Origin: Halarcobacter sp. | Lineage (GTDB): Bacteria > Campylobacterota > Campylobacteria > Campylobacterales > Arcobacteraceae | Length of the DNA stretch: 64,000 bases | NCBI GenBank assembly: GCA_963676565.1 | Contig: OY781089.1 | Coordinates: 1,152,001-1,216,000 of the forward strand | Direction: 5' to 3' | In this document: one piece after another, positions 61,950-64,000 of the stretch | Numbering within the stretch: position 1 is the stretch's first letter | Layout: every line of letters starts with the position of its first letter | Program-made: the position numbers and the translations under genes | The notes under the pieces: model-generated | What the model saw: only the letters and a program-made list of their open reading frames with translations | Databases searched by the model: none | What the model was told of the DNA's origin: nothing

Positions 61950-64000
61950 AAAATTAAAAAAGCTTTATTCTCAGAAACAACAAATAGAAGAAGAGATAAA
62001 GCTTCTTGAACAACAACTACATGAAAGTAAACCTTCAAAGCAATTAAACAAATTTGAAAAAATTGAACTTTTCAAAACTTTATTTATAAATAGAGAAGAT
62101 ATCTTTGCAAAAAAATGGATAAGTAAAGATGGACAAAAACAAAGTTTTTACCCAGTTACTAGAACTTTCAAAGGGAGTGATTATATTCCCATTTCAAATA
62201 AAGATATTGAAAGCCACTTAAGGGGACAAATACAATTAGCTTCATATTTAATTGATAGTGAAAATAGATCAAGTTATGTGGTTTTTGAAATTTTAGAAAA
62301 TGATATATCAAAAATTTTAGAGACTTTTTCTATGTTAAAAACAAATTTTTTATTTGAATATAGCTCTTACAACTCTTGCTTTTTATGGATATTTTTTGAA
62401 GAGAAAATTGAAACAAAAAATGTAAAAAACTTTGCGGAGTATATTTTAAAAAAAGCACATATTAGTGCGAGAATTTTACCCAATAATGAATTTGTTACAA
62501 ATGCTAATTTAGGTGATTATGTGGAATTACCTTTACATTTAAAATTTAGACAAGAGAATAAAACACTTTTTTTTGACCCACAAACAAAAAGTATATATAA
62601 AGACCAATGGGAAGTTTTACAGAAAATAAAAAAAGTTAGTAAAGATACTGTTTTGAAATATGTAGATTTTAAAAGGGTAAATAGTACAAGTTATATGTTT
62701 GAAGATATAGAATTTCCAAGTTTTAAATTACAAATCAGGCTTTATGACTTTGTTTATATCCCAACTAAAAACTTATCAAAAAGTTTAATAAACAAATTAA
62801 AAAGTTTTGCAACTTTTGATAATCCACAAGTAAAAGTCTTACTAAGTTTGAGAAAACCACTTTATAACACTCCAAGACAAATAAAAAGTTTCGAAGAGGA
62901 TGATGTTTATTTAAAACTTCCTAGAGGTTTAGTTTATAAAGTAAAAGAGTTTTTTGAAGAAAACAATGCAAATTTTATAATAGAAAATAAAACACAATTT
63001 GAAGAGTTTGAAACAAAAAAGATAAAATTTGAACTTAGGGAAGAACAAGAAAAAGCAATAAAAGAAATTAGCAAAAAAGATTTTTCTATTTGTGTCGCAC
63101 CTCCAGGTTTTGGGAAAACACTTCTTGGGGCAAAAATGTTTGAATTAAGAGCTTGTAAAACACTTATTATTGTAAATAAAAATATGTTGCTTACTCAATG
63201 GATAGATAGATTTGTTGATTATTTTGGCTATACAAAAAAAGATATAGGTTATTTAGGTAAGGGAAAAAATAAACTAAATGGTAATTTAGATGTTGCAACA
63301 ATGCAAAGTTTAAAAAACAATACAGATGTAATAAATAACTACTCTTTTGTAATTGTTGATGAGTGTCACCATATCCCTGCAATAACCTTTGAGCAAATTG
63401 TAAAGCAGTTTTTTGGAAAATATATTCTAGGTTTAAGTGCAACTCCAAGAAGAAAAGATGGGCTTGATCCAATTTTAATTGAGCAGTTAGGTGAAATAGC
63501 TTATGAGCATAAGAAAAAAAGAACTTTTAAAAATAAATTAGAAATAATACGAACAGAATTTGAAAGTACAGCAGATACTTATGCAGAGATGATAAATGAG
63601 CTTTCAAGGGACGAAAAAAGAAATAATCTTTTAATTGATCAAATAAAAATAAATAAAAACAGAAAAATTTTAGTTTTAACTGATAGAATTGAGCATATAA
63701 ATATATTAGAAGGTAAGCTTTTAGAAGAGAACTTAGATTTTGTTTCTATTCATGGAAGTTTAAATAAAAAAGAGCAAGAAGAAAAGATGGCTTTAGTTGA
63801 TAAAAGTTCTCTTATCTTAGCTACAACTTCATATTTTGGAGAGGGGATTGACTTTCCCCATCTAAATACGATTATTTTTGCTACTCCAATCTCTTATTAT
63901 GGAAGATTGGTTCAGTATTTAGGCAGAATTGGTAGAGGAAATCAAGAATGTTTAGCAATCGATTTTCTTGATAATAAAAATGCAATGTTGAACTCAGCTT
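61933..64000 (+). CDS. Degenerate AEP-primase-like domain fused to an SF2 DEAD/DEAH helicase (3' truncated by the window edge)
   Basis: Not in ORF track. Open from ATG 61933 to the edge: KIELFKTLFINREDIFAKKW, SHLRG, WIFFEE, ELPL, DQW; then APPGFGKT (~63097), DECHH (~63358), GLSATPRRKDG, GEGIDFP, QYLGRIGR. Confidence 0.88.
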   Translation, partial: MIKIHEKLKKLYSQKQQIEEEIKLLEQQLHESKPSKQLNKFEKIELFKTLFINREDIFAKKWISKDGQKQSFYPVTRTFKGSDYIPISNKDIESHLRGQIQLASYLIDSENRSSYVVFEILENDISKILETFSMLKTNFLFEYSSYNSCFLWIFFEEKIETKNVKNFAEYILKKAHISARILPNNEFVTNANLGDYVELPLHLKFRQENKTLFFDPQTKSIYKDQWEVLQKIKKVSKDTVLKYVDFKRVNSTSYMFEDIEFPSFKLQIRLYDFVYIPTKNLSKSLINKLKSFATFDNPQVKVLLSLRKPLYNTPRQIKSFEEDDVYLKLPRGLVYKVKEFFEENNANFIIENKTQFEEFETKKIKFELREEQEKAIKEISKKDFSICVAPPGFGKTLLGAKMFELRACKTLIIVNKNMLLTQWIDRFVDYFGYTKKDIGYLGKGKNKLNGNLDVATMQSLKNNTDVINNYSFVIVDECHHIPAITFEQIVKQFFGKYILGLSATPRRKDGLDPILIEQLGEIAYEHKKKRTFKNKLEIIRTEFESTADTYAEMINELSRDEKRNNLLIDQIKINKNRKILVLTDRIEHINILEGKLLEENLDFVSIHGSLNKKEQEEKMALVDKSSLILATTSYFGEGIDFPHLNTIIFATPISYYGRLVQYLGRIGRGNQECLAIDFLDNKNAMLNSA

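Noticed and set aside
1..64000. CRISPR arrays, tRNA/rRNA genes, transposases/integrases, prophage genes, phase-variable poly-G tracts
   Set aside because: No regularly spaced repeats, cloverleaf or rRNA-like GC-rich segments, recombinase ORFs or long G/C runs were seen by eye; a tRNAscan/Infernal/CRISPR scan would be needed to exclude them formally.

Overview
Strongly AT-rich chromosomal window from a Campylobacterota bacterium. Gene content and order point to Arcobacteraceae (inference). Most of it is core genome: partial trpS, serS, ald, an aapJQMP-type amino-acid ABC transporter, cobA, moaA, rpsO, a pycA-type biotin carboxylase, hsrA with a histidine kinase, a PEB4-type PPIase and fbaA, mgtE with exbBD, aroK-hisD-ispB-hemA-proS, mscS-cca, lnt, yajC-secDF, and leuS-lptE-folC-M23-bactofilin. 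I saw no rRNA, tRNA, CRISPR array, transposase or prophage. The most notable region is a signalling island (33.6-42.8 kb) holding a SiaA/SiaB/SiaC-type partner-switching module whose output gene is an HD-GYP phosphodiesterase rather than the SiaD diguanylate cyclase. A decayed CheY-like receiver gene lies directly upstream of siaB. Other features missed or mis-called by the ORF track are a 144-bp TA-flanked palindromic MITE-like element at the secF stop codon, a multiply lesioned beta-carbonic anhydrase pseudogene, a 56-aa membrane protein, and a partial fusion of a catalytically degenerate AEP primase-like domain to an SF2 helicase at the right edge. All calls come from reading motifs by eye; no searches were run.
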